From an uncultured Phycisphaerales bacterium (GTDB taxonomy: Bacteria; Planctomycetota; Phycisphaerae; Tepidisphaerales; Tepidisphaeraceae), in contig CAWJPJ010000004.1 in assembly GCA_963844715.1 (NCBI GenBank), forward strand, positions 208,248 to 272,247: a stretch of DNA of 64,000 nucleotides, written 5' to 3'. This document shows, piece by piece, positions 1 to 10,440 of this stretch. The notes below the pieces were generated by a model. That model did no database searches, was not told the DNA's origin, and worked only from the letters and a program-made list of their open reading frames with translations. How positions within the stretch are numbered: position 1 is the first letter of the stretch; each line of letters starts with the position of its first letter. The translations under genes and the position numbers were made by a program.

Positions 1-407
1 CTGACGGCCAGGGAGTTCCGCTCGCCGTCGAGGCCAGCGCCGGCCAATGCCACGAGAGCCGGTACGTGGAGCCGGTGATGAACGCGATGCGCATCGGTCG
101 CCGCCGTCGTCGCCCCAGGAGGCTGGCGGGCGACAAGGGATACAGTTACGGAAATGTGCGGCGATGGCTGCGTCGCCACCGAATCCAAGCGGTGATCCCG
201 GCGAAATCGAATCAGCCGCCGCAGGAGAACTTTGATCGCAAGGCGTATCGCCGACGGAACGTGGTGGAGCGTTGCGTGAATTGGATGAAGGAGAATCGCC
301 GCCTGGGCACGCGTTACGAGAAACTGGCGGTGAACTTTCAGGCCATGGCCAAGCTCGCCATGATCCGTCGCTATTTCAGGATTTTGGATTCATCAGACAG
401 GCCCTAG
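1..407 (+). mobile_element. IS5-family insertion sequence, right end (DDE transposase C-terminal part, truncated by window edge)
   Basis: ORF open from the window start (TDGQGVPL...LAGDKGYS...IQAVIP...YRRRNVVERCVNWMKENRRLGTRYEK) shows IS5-family DDE motifs. The gene runs into TCATCAGACAGGCC-CTAG, with the TAG stop lying in a CTAG putative target site. Confidence 0.9.
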
Positions 408-417
408 TTGCCAGTGG

Positions 418-888
418 TCACTCGGGCTGACCTTTTGACATATCATAAATCCAGCCGAGCGTTGCGGGTTTCCATTCGAGCAGTTCGTCCGGTTTGAAGA
501 ACAGGCCTAATTCGCGGTGGGCGCTTTCGGCTGAGTCTGATCCGTGGATCAGATTGAAGGAATTGCTGACGCCAAAATCGCCGCGGATGGTTCCGGGCTC
601 GGCTTTGGAGCCGAAGGTCGCCCCCATCATCTTGCGGGAAATGGCGATCGCGTCCTTCCCCTCCAGGGCGATCACGATCACCGGCGAACTGGTCATGAAT
701 TTCACTAGCCCGTCATAAAACGGCTTCCCCTTGTGCGGCGAATAATGCGTCTCGGCCAGCGACTGAGGAATCCGCATCAACTTCATGCCGACGATCAGCA
801 GCCCCTTTTTTTCCAATCGATCGATTATCTGTCCGCAAAGCCCGCGTTGAACGGCGTCGGGCTTGAGAATGATCAAAGTGCGTTCCAT
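418..888 (-). CDS. ndk: Nucleoside-diphosphate kinase
   Basis: ERTLIILKPDAVQRGL...PGTIRGDF...NLIHGSDS signature. Confidence 0.98.
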   Translation of the reverse strand: MERTLIILKPDAVQRGLCGQIIDRLEKKGLLIVGMKLMRIPQSLAETHYSPHKGKPFYDGLVKFMTSSPVIVIALEGKDAIAISRKMMGATFGSKAEPGTIRGDFGVSNSFNLIHGSDSAESAHRELGLFFKPDELLEWKPATLGWIYDMSKGQPE

Positions 889-916
889 GGGGCACTTTTA
901 TAGCGCTTATGAAATC

Positions 917-1042
917 AAATGCAACCGCGGAGATGCGGAGGCGCGGAGACAGACGCGGAGAAATCAAATTCTTTTTTTAGAGAATTGAATCTTCTTCTAT
1001 ATGTTTGAATTTTGTCTGCTCCGCGTCTCCGCGGTTGCATTT
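917..1042. repeat. Palindromic intergenic repeat (ACCGCGGAG-type, MITE/REP-like)
   Basis: AAATGCAACCGCGGAGATGCGGAG ... CTCCGCGTCTCCGCGGTTGCATTT inverted arms around an AT-rich spacer; related copy at 60066-60166. Confidence 0.8.
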
Positions 1043-1051
1043 TCTTTTGCT

Positions 1052-1623
1052 CTAACTCGGCCCGCGTTCTTCGAGGTTATAAAGCATTGGCCCCATGCGG
1101 CGGTCCGCCCATTTCATCGATTTGTGGAGCATGAATCCGAAGACGGCTAGCACGATGATCAGGGCGATGAGCGTTATGTTGTGTTGGATGCGCCACTGGC
1201 GGATCGTGGAGCCGTATGCGATCAGAGCCAGGACGCTGCCGACGGTGATGACGGCGTCGTAACTGGCGCACTGCCAATAGGGGCCGCCGAGGTGGAGCCA
1301 CATGCCGAATTCGTCGAACGTCAAACCTAGTCCGATCCCGTAAATGACGGCGGTTATGGCGAGCTTGGTTCCCAGCGGCCTACGAAAATCAAATATGCGC
1401 CGCAGGCGCTGAGCAGAAAAATGCCATAATTGAGATGGTGGACGTGCGTTCCCTCGACGTGAAAGAACAACTGCGGCGGCAATTTTCCCGCCATGATGAA
1501 GATCACCAGAATTCGCGCGATGACGAAGGTGAAGACGAACGCCGCCAGGGTTAGGTGCGCCAGTTGATGCGTGAGCCGCTTCGGGTCGGCGGATTCGGCC
1601 TCGTTGGTCGGTTCCGGTTCCAT
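1052..1623 (-). CDS. Conserved integral membrane protein (frameshift near 1380)
   Basis: ORFs 1354-1623 (HVHHLNYGIFLL) and the C-terminal part of 1052-1669 (GIGLGLTFDEFGMWLHL) join into one multi-TM protein. Confidence 0.75.
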
Positions 1624-1677
1624 GCCGGGTGTTATACCCTACGAGACCTTTCCGCGCGTTTTTGGACAATTCTTACG

Positions 1678-1707
1678 TTGACTATTTTTCGTCGGTCCCG
1701 GTAGCTT
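1678..1707 (+). promoter_or_regulatory. Putative sigma70 promoter for the DUF748-globin pair
   Basis: TTGACT-18nt-TAGCTT about 36 nt upstream of the ORF at 1744. Confidence 0.45.
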
Positions 1708-1743
1708 GAATTTTAGTTGTGGAGGAATTGGATGCATTAGAAG

Positions 1744-2916
1744 GTGAGTCGAAAGCAGTCAGCCGAAGTTACCGCCGAAGCGCCGGTTATACGCCGTTCC
1801 AGATGGCGAATAGCGGGAATCGCTTTTCTGATCCTGGTTGCGATAGGCGTAGGGGTTCGCCCGTTTATGCCCCAGGTGGTGCGGTGGTATGTCAATAAAA
1901 CGCTCAGCCACAATCTGCTCTACGAGGGGCGCGTTGGGGACGTCACATTGAACCTGTGGCGGGGGGCCTACTCGATCAGCGATATTCGGATTTTCAAAAA
2001 AACCGGGGATGTCCCCGATCCGCTTTTCTCGTGCGATCGGCTGGAACTGGCCGTCCAGTGGAATGCGATTATTCACGGGAAAATCGTGGCGCAAGTCGTC
2101 ATCGAGCAGCCGGAGATCAACTTTGTCGCACCGTCCGATCAGTCGGACGCTCAAACGGGTTACGGCGCCCCGTGGCTTCAAACTCTTCAGCAACTTTTTC
2201 CGTTTCAGATCAATAGCGCCATCGTTCACGGCGGCTCGATCCATTTCAAAAGCTACCTGCGGGAAAAGCCGGTGGATGTTTACATCAATCGGCTTGAGGC
2301 TTCGATCGACGATTTGACCAATGTTCGAAGCGAGACGACGCCGCTTTTGGCGACCGTGAACGCGACCGGGCTGGCGATGGACCAGGCGCCGTTTGAATTT
2401 CACATGAAGCTCAATCCGTTTTCCTATCGTCCCAGCTTTGACATGGCGGTCCGGGTGATCGGGCTGGACGTGACGACCCTTAACGATCTGGCCCTGACCT
2501 ACGGGCAGTTCGCGTTTAAGGGCGGCTTTTTCGATCTGGTGGTCGCGGTCCGCGCCCGGGAAGGGGAGATGGACGGCTATGCCAAGCCGCTGTTCCGGCA
2601 GTTGCAGGTGTTCGACATCGTCCGCGATTTGCAGACCGACGCCAACCCGCTGCAATTCTTCTGGCAGGCGCTGCTGGGGATTACGACCGGCATTTTGAAA
2701 AACCCGCCGCGCAATCAATTTGGAACGTATATCCCCTTCACCGGCGATCTGAGCGAGCCCGATACGGATTACCTTGCGGCGGTTGGGAACGTGCTGCGAA
2801 ACGCGTTCATCCGCGCGTATTTGCCGCGGCTGGAAAGCGATTCGGATGAATTCGACGGCATGGAATTCCAGGCCGGGTCGATCACCGGCCCGACCTCAAT
2901 CGGCGACGACCAATGA
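1744..2916 (+). CDS. DUF748 (AsmA-like) domain protein
   Basis: N-terminal TM anchor, GRVGDVTLNLWRGAY, beta-rich body, GYAKPLF, C-terminal NVLRNAFIRAY. Confidence 0.8.
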   Translation: MSRKQSAEVTAEAPVIRRSRWRIAGIAFLILVAIGVGVRPFMPQVVRWYVNKTLSHNLLYEGRVGDVTLNLWRGAYSISDIRIFKKTGDVPDPLFSCDRLELAVQWNAIIHGKIVAQVVIEQPEINFVAPSDQSDAQTGYGAPWLQTLQQLFPFQINSAIVHGGSIHFKSYLREKPVDVYINRLEASIDDLTNVRSETTPLLATVNATGLAMDQAPFEFHMKLNPFSYRPSFDMAVRVIGLDVTTLNDLALTYGQFAFKGGFFDLVVAVRAREGEMDGYAKPLFRQLQVFDIVRDLQTDANPLQFFWQALLGITTGILKNPPRNQFGTYIPFTGDLSEPDTDYLAAVGNVLRNAFIRAYLPRLESDSDEFDGMEFQAGSITGPTSIGDDQ

Positions 2917-3539
2917 ATTCAAAAATCTGCTCGGCGGCAATTCTTCTCCTGGCCTTTCTCATCTGCGGCTGCGCCGGCCAAGCCCAGCAGGCGAATAAGG
3001 ATTACTTCACCTCGGGCAGCAGCGAGGCTGACCAGCGCGCCGAGCAGCGCATGGCTCAGGCGCAGCAACTTCAGGGCGGATCGGGTGGATTGAGCGGCGG
3101 GACTGCCATCGCCGATGACAAGCGGTCTCTTTATGACCGCCTCGGCGGGCAAGCGGGAATCCAGGCGATTACCGAAGATTGGATCACACGCGCCATGGCG
3201 GACCCGCGGGTCAATTGGGATCGCAAAGGGGTCACCCAGGGCGGGCTGAGCATTCACTTTGATCGCTCGATGCAATGGAATCCCACGGCGGACGCCGTAA
3301 AAACCATGAAATTGCACATCGCGCAGTTTCTAGCCCTGGCCAGCGGGGGGCCGTCCATTTATCAGGGGCGGGAAATGAAAAGTGCTCATGCGGACCTGCA
3401 CATTTCCAACGCCGAATTCGACGCCGCTGTTGGAGATCTCAAGGCGACTTTGGACAAAATGCAGATCGCCAATAAGGAGCAGAAGGAATTGCTCGCGATC
3501 ATGGAGACGACAAGGGCGCAGATTGTGGAGGAGCAGTAA
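2913..3539 (+). CDS. Group I truncated hemoglobin, lipoprotein
   Basis: SLYDRLGG..., FLALASGGPSIYQGREMKSAHADLHISNAEFDA (proximal His retained); N-terminal hydrophobic stretch with ICGC lipobox; ATGA overlap with upstream gene. Confidence 0.88.
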   Translation: MNSKICSAAILLLAFLICGCAGQAQQANKDYFTSGSSEADQRAEQRMAQAQQLQGGSGGLSGGTAIADDKRSLYDRLGGQAGIQAITEDWITRAMADPRVNWDRKGVTQGGLSIHFDRSMQWNPTADAVKTMKLHIAQFLALASGGPSIYQGREMKSAHADLHISNAEFDAAVGDLKATLDKMQIANKEQKELLAIMETTRAQIVEEQ

Positions 3540-3610
3540 ACGCGCGAAGAACGGCGGCGTTCGCTCGCCGCTTGGCATGATGTCGTCAACCCGTTTATAA
3601 CCGCCGTTTC

Positions 3611-4390
3611 ATGGCTCGCATTGAACTCCTTTTTTTGGGAACGGGAACATCCGCCGGGATTCCCATGATCGGGTGCCATTGCCCGGTCTGCACTTCCACC
3701 GATCCACATGATCAGCGGTTTCGGCCTTCGGTGGTGATTTCTTACGATCAGACGCGGGTGCTGGTGGATACGACGCCGGAGCTGCGCTTGCAGTGCATCC
3801 GGTTTGGGGTCGAGAAGATCGACGCGGTGGTTTATACGCACGCCCATGCGGATCACATCATGGGACTGGACGATGTGCGGCGGTTTAACGCTCTGCGCGG
3901 CGGGCCGCTGGATACTTGGGCGGATGATGCGACCCGGGCGGCGCTGGATCGTTGCTTTGGATACGCGTTCAATCCGCCCACGCCGGAGATGAGGGTTTTT
4001 CGCCCGCATCTGATCCGGCGGCGAATCGACGGGCCGTTCGAAATTGGCGGCATGACCTGGACCCCCGTCCCGCTTATCCATGGGGATATGCCGATTTTGG
4101 GCTTTCGGGTGGGCTCCCTGGCTTATTGCACGGATGTCAGCCTCATTCCCGAGCCTTCGTTTGAAATTTTGCGGGGTTTGGACGTCTTGGTATTGGATGC
4201 GTTGCAGCATCGGAAGCACGCTACGCACTTTACTTTGGAGGAAGCCGTGGCGGCGGCGACGCGGATTGGGGCCAAGAGGACCTTCTTCACGCACATCGCC
4301 CACGGGCTGTCGCACGAGGCGACCAACGCGATGCTTCCGGAGAATATGCGATTGGCGTATGACGGGCTGGTTGTCAGTGTGAATGAGTAA
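3611..4390 (+). CDS. MBL-fold metallo-hydrolase (PhnP-like)
   Basis: LGTGTSAGIPMIGCHCPVC, THAHADHIMGLDD, YCTDVS, THIAH. Confidence 0.92.
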   Translation: MARIELLFLGTGTSAGIPMIGCHCPVCTSTDPHDQRFRPSVVISYDQTRVLVDTTPELRLQCIRFGVEKIDAVVYTHAHADHIMGLDDVRRFNALRGGPLDTWADDATRAALDRCFGYAFNPPTPEMRVFRPHLIRRRIDGPFEIGGMTWTPVPLIHGDMPILGFRVGSLAYCTDVSLIPEPSFEILRGLDVLVLDALQHRKHATHFTLEEAVAAATRIGAKRTFFTHIAHGLSHEATNAMLPENMRLAYDGLVVSVNE

Positions 4391-4408
4391 TCCGAACGAG
4401 CGGTCGCC

Positions 4409-4985
4409 ATGGTCTTTTTCATTCCCGGCCGGCGGGCGAAACGGATGGGGGTGGACGCGATGCAGGTCGGCCTCGTCGGGCAGACCTTTGGCGTCCTGAT
4501 GATCCTGTTCAGTTATGACGCCAATACCGTTCCCGGTCTGGCTTGGGGCGGCAAGATCCTGGCGGTTCTGGGCACGTGCGTCCTGGTCGCCGGATGCAGG
4601 CGCTTCGCTCAATTTCGGCGGCGAAGCCCGTGGTGGGGAATTCTGGGATTCTTCAATATCGCGGGCGTGCTTGGCTTGCTCCTTATCCCGCGAGGCAGAT
4701 CTACCGTCGGGTTTGATCTGATGGGGGAAGACCCACGCCGCGACGTTTGGAAAATGGAGGTGCACGTCCAACTGCAAGATTTGCGTGAACCGGTTCTGCT
4801 GCATCTGCCGCGCGGGGCGAGCGTGGATGCGGCAATTCGGTCGCTCTCCCTGGCCCTGCCGCACCTGGAAGAGGGCCTGCGCAACGCGAAATTTCTAATT
4901 AACGGCAAGCCGGCGACAGCGCAGCGACGATCTGGCCGACCAGGATAAGCTCGAAATTGCAACTTCGGACCTGGACGGCGCATAG
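4409..4985 (+). CDS. Membrane protein with C-terminal MoaD/ThiS-like beta-grasp domain (frameshift near 4925)
   Basis: Three TM helices, then MEVHVQLQ..REPVLLHLPRGASVDAAI..FLINGKPA; the +1 frame continues DLADQDKLEIATSDLDGA*. Confidence 0.55.
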
Positions 4986-5113
4986 AATAGGTCAGGGCGT
5001 TTGCGGGGTTACCGCCCTTGACATCGGGTTCAGGGATCAGGACTCTATTCTGCCCGGAATCGTGAAGCGGGGGGTTAAGGCGGAGATGTAAGTAGGTTGC
5101 TCGAGGACCGCGC

Positions 5114-6065
5114 GTGATTGAAGTTCGAAATCTCAGCAAAATATACGGCCAGACCTTGGCCGTGGATAATGTCTCCTTCACTGTCTCGAAGGGCCAGATC
5201 GTGGGGTTCCTGGGCCCCAACGGCGCGGGGAAATCGACCACGCTCAAAATGCTGACCTGCTATATCCCGCCGACCAGCGGGGGTGCTACGGTCAACGGGT
5301 TTGACATTTTCCATCAGTCGGAACAAGTCCGCGCCACGCTGGGATACCTGCCGGAAAATGTGCCGCTTTATGGTGAAATGAAGGTTCGCGATTATCTCGA
5401 TTTCCGGGGCCGGCTGCGAAAAATGGAACGTGGCGTGCGGCGCTCGCGCATCGATTACGTCATCGATCGCTGCTGGCTCACGGCGATGCAGCACAAAGCC
5501 ATCGGGCATCTTTCCAAGGGTTATCGGCAGCGGGTGGGCCTGGCGGATTCGCTCCTGCACGACCCGCCGGTGCTGATTCTTGACGAGCCGACGGTCGGCC
5601 TGGACCCCGCGCAAATCCGCGAGACGCGAAAACTCATTCGCGAGCTGGGCGGGCAGCACACGGTTATTCTTTCCACGCACATTTTGCCGGAAGTCGAAGC
5701 GACCTGCGACCGGGCGATGGTGATTGCCCTGGGCCGCATCGTGGCCCAGGGAACGCCGGATGAGCTGCGCGCCAGCCGAAGGTTGACGGCCCGGGTTCTG
5801 GTCGAATGCCGGGGCCCGCGAGGAAATCACCGCGGCTCTTTCGGCCTTACCGGGCGTGAGTCAGGTCGAAATTCTCAATGGTCAAACCGACGGCGTCGTT
5901 ACCGCCGCCCTCAGCGCCAAGGAGGGGAATGACGTGCGCGAAGCCGCTGCCAAAGCGGTTCTCGATCACGGCTGGGGTTTGCGCGAAATGCGCCTGGAAC
6001 GCGCGACGCTCGAGGAATTCTTCGTACAAGTGACCGCCGATCAGGCGGCGGGGCGTTTGCAATAA
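5114..6065 (+). CDS. ABC transporter ATP-binding protein, GldA-like (frameshift near 5820)
   Basis: GPNGAGKST, LSKGYRQRVG, LILDEPT; C-terminal TLEEFF in a second frame (5856-6065). Confidence 0.93.
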
Positions 6066-6070
6066 TTCTT

Positions 6071-6790
6071 ATGACGCGTTCACTCACCATCGCTCGCCGG
6101 GAACTCAGCAGCTACTTCTGCTCGCCGATCGCTTATGTCGTCATGGCGGTTTTTCTGCTGACTTGCGGATTCCTGTTCTGGGACGATTTTCAGCCCGGAC
6201 AGATCGCCGGGATGCGGAATCTGTTTGACTGGATGGTCTGGATGCTCGTCTGGGCGGTCCCGGTCATTTCCATGGGCCTCCTCGCCCAGGAATGGGCCAC
6301 CGGCACGATCGAGACTTTGATGACCGTCCCGATCAACGAAACGGACGTGGTCCTGGGCAAATTCCTCGGGTCGTTCGGATTTTTCGCGGTATTGCTCCTT
6401 CCGACGCTGCTTTATGTTGAGGTTTTGTCCCTTTTTTCCATCCCCGGGATCGATCTTGGGCCGATTGTGAGCGGTTATCTGGGCATCATTCTCGTCGGGG
6501 CGCTCTTTATCGCGATCGGTTTGTTCTGCTCGTCGCTGACCAAGAGCCAGGTCGTTGCCGCCGTCGCGGCGGCCGCGGTTTTGTTCATCATTACCATCGC
6601 CCCCTGGTGGGTCAGCGGGAAGATCCTTTCCGATTTCTGGATTCGGGTCGTCAATCAGACGGTCTATAAGCGTTACACGGATTTCTCGCGCGGCGTGATC
6701 GACTCGGGGAACCTTGTCTTTTTCGTGGCGACGACCGCGGTGTTCCTGTTCCTGACCATCAAGGTTCTAGAATTGCGCAGGTGGAAATAA
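6071..6790 (+). CDS. ABC-2 permease, GldF-like
   Basis: IARRELSSYFCSPIAY, EWATGTIETLMTVP, VVLGKFLG, DFSRGVID. Confidence 0.92.
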   Translation: MTRSLTIARRELSSYFCSPIAYVVMAVFLLTCGFLFWDDFQPGQIAGMRNLFDWMVWMLVWAVPVISMGLLAQEWATGTIETLMTVPINETDVVLGKFLGSFGFFAVLLLPTLLYVEVLSLFSIPGIDLGPIVSGYLGIILVGALFIAIGLFCSSLTKSQVVAAVAAAAVLFIITIAPWWVSGKILSDFWIRVVNQTVYKRYTDFSRGVIDSGNLVFFVATTAVFLFLTIKVLELRRWK

Positions 6791-6792
6791 TC

Positions 6793-8940
6793 GTGAGCGA
6801 GATGCCCAAACAATTCGTGCCGACGTCGCAGGGCCGCCGCTGGATCAAATACGGCGCCAACGTGGTGATCTCGAGCGTGGTGGTCATCGCCCTGGCGGTC
6901 GTGGCCACCGCGATCGCGCAAACTCATGCCCGGCGTATCGACACCACCATCGGCGCTTCCCAGAGCCTGCGCCCGCAAACGCTCAATTACATCCAAAACG
7001 ACTTGCATTCCGACGTGCACATCGTCGCGCTCTATCCCAAGCTGAAGAGCGAATCGCACGAGCAGGATTTTTATCAGCCGGTCGCGGATCTTTTGAACGA
7101 TTATGCCACCAAGGGTCGGCACATCACGGTCGAGATGCTCGATCCGGACACCCAAAAGGATCAGGTGAACGATCTGATCAACGATGTGACCCGGCGATTT
7201 GGCGGCGAGGTCAAGGGATACAAGGATGTGCTGGCCGATCTGCCCGCCCAGAGCGACATCCTGAATAAATTCGCGAACAATGAAGCTGCGCTCTTTCGCA
7301 AGCTTCCGGGCGATCAGGTGCACGACTCGAATCTCCAGCAGGCTCTTTACGTGGCTTACCCGTCGCTGACGGCTATCCCCAAGGCGCTGAGCGATCTGAG
7401 CCACATTGTGGATGCCGATGTCAATCAGCAGGTTCCCAGTTACAAGCGGGCGATTGGGGAAGTGCGCGATACTTACTCGAGCATCTCGCAGGTCCTGGAC
7501 CTGTTCACGGGGATGCTCGATCAGGTCAAAGTGGCGCCGGCGGTTCCCAAGGAGATCCTCGACTACATTCCCGGCGCCGAGGCCCGTGCCGCGGATGCCA
7601 AAAAGGTCGCCCAGGCGATGCTCGATCGGATTGGCAAGCTGCCGGAGTTGAAGGAACTGGACGATTTCCGCGATCAGCTCCGCAGCAAGTCGATCATCAT
7701 CACGACCGATTCGGGATATAAAATCCTGCAGTTCGACCAGGTCTGGAAGCTGCCCGAAGGAAGCATTTTTGCCGCCGCCGATTCGGACGTTCCGCCGCGA
7801 TTGATCTTTTCCGGGGAGCAGCAGATCAGCTCCGCGATTTTGGCGCTCACGTCCCACAAGCCGATGGTGATATTCGTTCGTCCCGGCGGACCGACGATTA
7901 CCTCAAGCATGAACGGCAGCCCGGCGATGTTCAGCTCGGTTGCCGATCGTCTTCGCGACTACAACTTCGAGGTCCGCGAGGATGACGCGACCGGGAAGTC
8001 GGCGATGATCGGCACCAATCCGACCCTCGAAGAGATGAAAGAGGCGGTCTGGGTGATCGTGCGCGATCCGCGCAATCCGGCGTCCGAATCGGAAGCGCCC
8101 ATCAATGCGTTGCTACTGAAGCACCTGCAGGAGGGAGGGTCCGCGATCCTGCTGCTCTTCCCCACGACCGACCCCACGTCGGCGGCGCTCAATTATATGG
8201 GGCTGGGTGTGAACACCGACGACGTCATCGTTCACGAAGCGCTCGCCTCGACGGGCCGGCGAAGCAACGACATGGTCGATTCCGCCATGCAAAGCAGCCA
8301 ATTGTTTTACCTGTTGAACCATTACGGCGATCACCCGATCGCCCGGCCGCTGGAAGGATTGCCTTTTCTCAATGCGGCATCGTGCCCGATTTCCATTCTT
8401 TCGGACACTTCGCCGGGCGTAAAGGTGACGGGTCTTTTGCCGATTCCGCAAACGCCGCATTACTGGGCCGCCTCGGGGGCCATGACCCTTTTGCAACCGC
8501 AGGCGCAGGCGTTGAACTTTAACCCCGAGCCTGATCCCGCCAACGGCCGGGACACGGGCGATATCGACAACACGCCCGAACATCCGCTTTATGGGGCGGC
8601 CGCGTCGGAGAACAAATCGGGCGCGCGTCTGGTGGTGGTCGGCAGCTACTGGTTCGCCAGTTCCGAGCCGGTCGATCTTCCCGATGTCGATATGCTGGAA
8701 AAGCATGGCGTCACCATCACCCGCCTGCCCGGAAACGGGGAATTCTTCGTCGACTCGATCTTCTGGCTGAGCCACATGGACGACATGCTGGTCATCAGCC
8801 CGCATGCGTTGCAGGTGGCGCGCATCGGGGATATGTCGAACGGACAATTGCGATTCTGGCGTCTGGGCGTTTTAACCGCCGGGCTACCGCTGGCGGTGAT
8901 TGTGGCGGGTTTGATGGTTTATGTTCGCCGCCGCGATTAA
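6793..8940 (+). CDS. GldG-like ABC auxiliary component
   Basis: N-terminal TM, RIDTT..QSLRPQT, LLNDY..VEMLDP, FSGEQQISSAIL, ARLVVVGS, GNGEFFVDSIFWL, C-terminal TM ending YVRRRD. Confidence 0.85.
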   Translation: MSEMPKQFVPTSQGRRWIKYGANVVISSVVVIALAVVATAIAQTHARRIDTTIGASQSLRPQTLNYIQNDLHSDVHIVALYPKLKSESHEQDFYQPVADLLNDYATKGRHITVEMLDPDTQKDQVNDLINDVTRRFGGEVKGYKDVLADLPAQSDILNKFANNEAALFRKLPGDQVHDSNLQQALYVAYPSLTAIPKALSDLSHIVDADVNQQVPSYKRAIGEVRDTYSSISQVLDLFTGMLDQVKVAPAVPKEILDYIPGAEARAADAKKVAQAMLDRIGKLPELKELDDFRDQLRSKSIIITTDSGYKILQFDQVWKLPEGSIFAAADSDVPPRLIFSGEQQISSAILALTSHKPMVIFVRPGGPTITSSMNGSPAMFSSVADRLRDYNFEVREDDATGKSAMIGTNPTLEEMKEAVWVIVRDPRNPASESEAPINALLLKHLQEGGSAILLLFPTTDPTSAALNYMGLGVNTDDVIVHEALASTGRRSNDMVDSAMQSSQLFYLLNHYGDHPIARPLEGLPFLNAASCPISILSDTSPGVKVTGLLPIPQTPHYWAASGAMTLLQPQAQALNFNPEPDPANGRDTGDIDNTPEHPLYGAAASENKSGARLVVVGSYWFASSEPVDLPDVDMLEKHGVTITRLPGNGEFFVDSIFWLSHMDDMLVISPHALQVARIGDMSNGQLRFWRLGVLTAGLPLAVIVAGLMVYVRRRD

Positions 8941-8982
8941 GTAGAGGGCATCAATTTCAGCCGCCGATTGGCGGTTTTCCGA

Positions 8983-10440
8983 ATGAACTTCAAAACCACG
9001 GGCATTCTCATTCTGGCGCTGGTCGGGCTTCTTGGCTACTATTTTTGGAGCCAGGCGGGCGTCAAGCCCGTGACTATTCCGGTCACTCAAGGCATCTCCG
9101 CGGTCGGGGAAGGGAGGGTGCTCTTTCCCTTCAACGCGCTGAACGTCGATCGCATTTCGATCCTCCCGCGCGACGGGAAGCGGACCACGATCGAGCGAGT
9201 CCACAACATCTGGACGATGACTGAGCCGGTCCAGGCGCCCGCGGCTGAACAGCCGGCCCTCGCCATGGTGGATGCTCTGTTGCAGCTTCGCTCGCGCGGA
9301 CAGCCGGAAAGCGATCCCGGAACGGGCAGCGGTCTGGCCAATCCCCTCTATCGCGTGGAAATTCATACCAACGACGGGAAGACCTCGACCCTGGTCATTG
9401 GCGATAAAGCGGGCATGGGTGATCTGCTCTACGCGCAAGTCGATGGCGGGGAGATCGATCTGATCGACGGGACAACCGCCACCGCGCTCGATGAGGCGGA
9501 AACCGGACTGCGCGACCCGCATCTGCTCCGTTTCAATCGCGAGGCGATCAGGCAAATTGAACTTGACAGAGACGACTTGCACTTGGTTTTGGGAGATTTC
9601 GGCGGCCAGTGGAAAATCGTGCGGCCGCAGAACCTACCGGCGGATGAGGACACCGTACAGAATATGCTGGCCAATATTGGCGACGTCTCGGCTACGGAAT
9701 TTGTCGATCCGGGTTCGGATGAATTGGCTTACGCGCGGTTCGATCATCCGATGATGGTGCTGCGGCTCAGCACGCGGCCGCCCGCGACGCAGCCGGCGAC
9801 GGCGCCTTCGGACCTGGTTCTGACGTTCGGCGCGCCCGACAGCCTGGTGAAGGATCACTACTTCGTGCGGACGGGGGATGGGGTATTCGCCAAGGTGAGC
9901 AGCACCGTGGTCGACGGCCTTGCCGGCACGACTGTTCTTGCCATGCGCGACCGCCGGCTTGCGTCGATTGCGCCGGACAGCGTGACCGATATACGAATCA
10001 CGACCTCTACGTACCCCGTTTCCGAACCCGGATCGGCGCAGCCTGTATCCTCGGCGCCGATCGAGCAAGTGGTGACGGAACTGCGTCGCTCCGCCATGCC
10101 TGCACAGGGGCCGAGCACTCATCCATCCCGTCCGTTCGCGGAATGGCAATTTGTGACCCAGCCGGCCGGTCCTGTCGATGTGAGCAAAGTGGAGGCGTTT
10201 CTCGCGGCGTTTCAGCCGCTCCGGGCCGAGAATTTCATCGATGCCGCCACGGGGCCGCTGCTGAAGAAGTATTCGATCGTGCTGACGACTTCGTCGCGGC
10301 AATTTCAACTCGACGTTGAAATGCGTTCGGGGAGCGATCAAGCCGATGCGACTTTTAATGGGCTGGTGTTCCTGGTTTCCGGGGAATTGCAGGATGCTTT
10401 GATGGGGGACTTTCATCAGATGCCGGGCGAGATGCAATGA
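8983..10440 (+). CDS. DUF4340 domain protein
   Basis: MNFKTTGILI TM anchor; repeated W..P...PA / LRD..L modules; fourth gene of the Gld-type ABC cassette. Confidence 0.82.
   Translation: MNFKTTGILILALVGLLGYYFWSQAGVKPVTIPVTQGISAVGEGRVLFPFNALNVDRISILPRDGKRTTIERVHNIWTMTEPVQAPAAEQPALAMVDALLQLRSRGQPESDPGTGSGLANPLYRVEIHTNDGKTSTLVIGDKAGMGDLLYAQVDGGEIDLIDGTTATALDEAETGLRDPHLLRFNREAIRQIELDRDDLHLVLGDFGGQWKIVRPQNLPADEDTVQNMLANIGDVSATEFVDPGSDELAYARFDHPMMVLRLSTRPPATQPATAPSDLVLTFGAPDSLVKDHYFVRTGDGVFAKVSSTVVDGLAGTTVLAMRDRRLASIAPDSVTDIRITTSTYPVSEPGSAQPVSSAPIEQVVTELRRSAMPAQGPSTHPSRPFAEWQFVTQPAGPVDVSKVEAFLAAFQPLRAENFIDAATGPLLKKYSIVLTTSSRQFQLDVEMRSGSDQADATFNGLVFLVSGELQDALMGDFHQMPGEMQ

Noticed and set aside
3386..4864. 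Long antisense ORFs (e.g. 3386-4864, 6673-7857, 51259-52437)
   Set aside because: They are shadows of real genes on the opposite strand in high-GC DNA, with no recognisable motifs.
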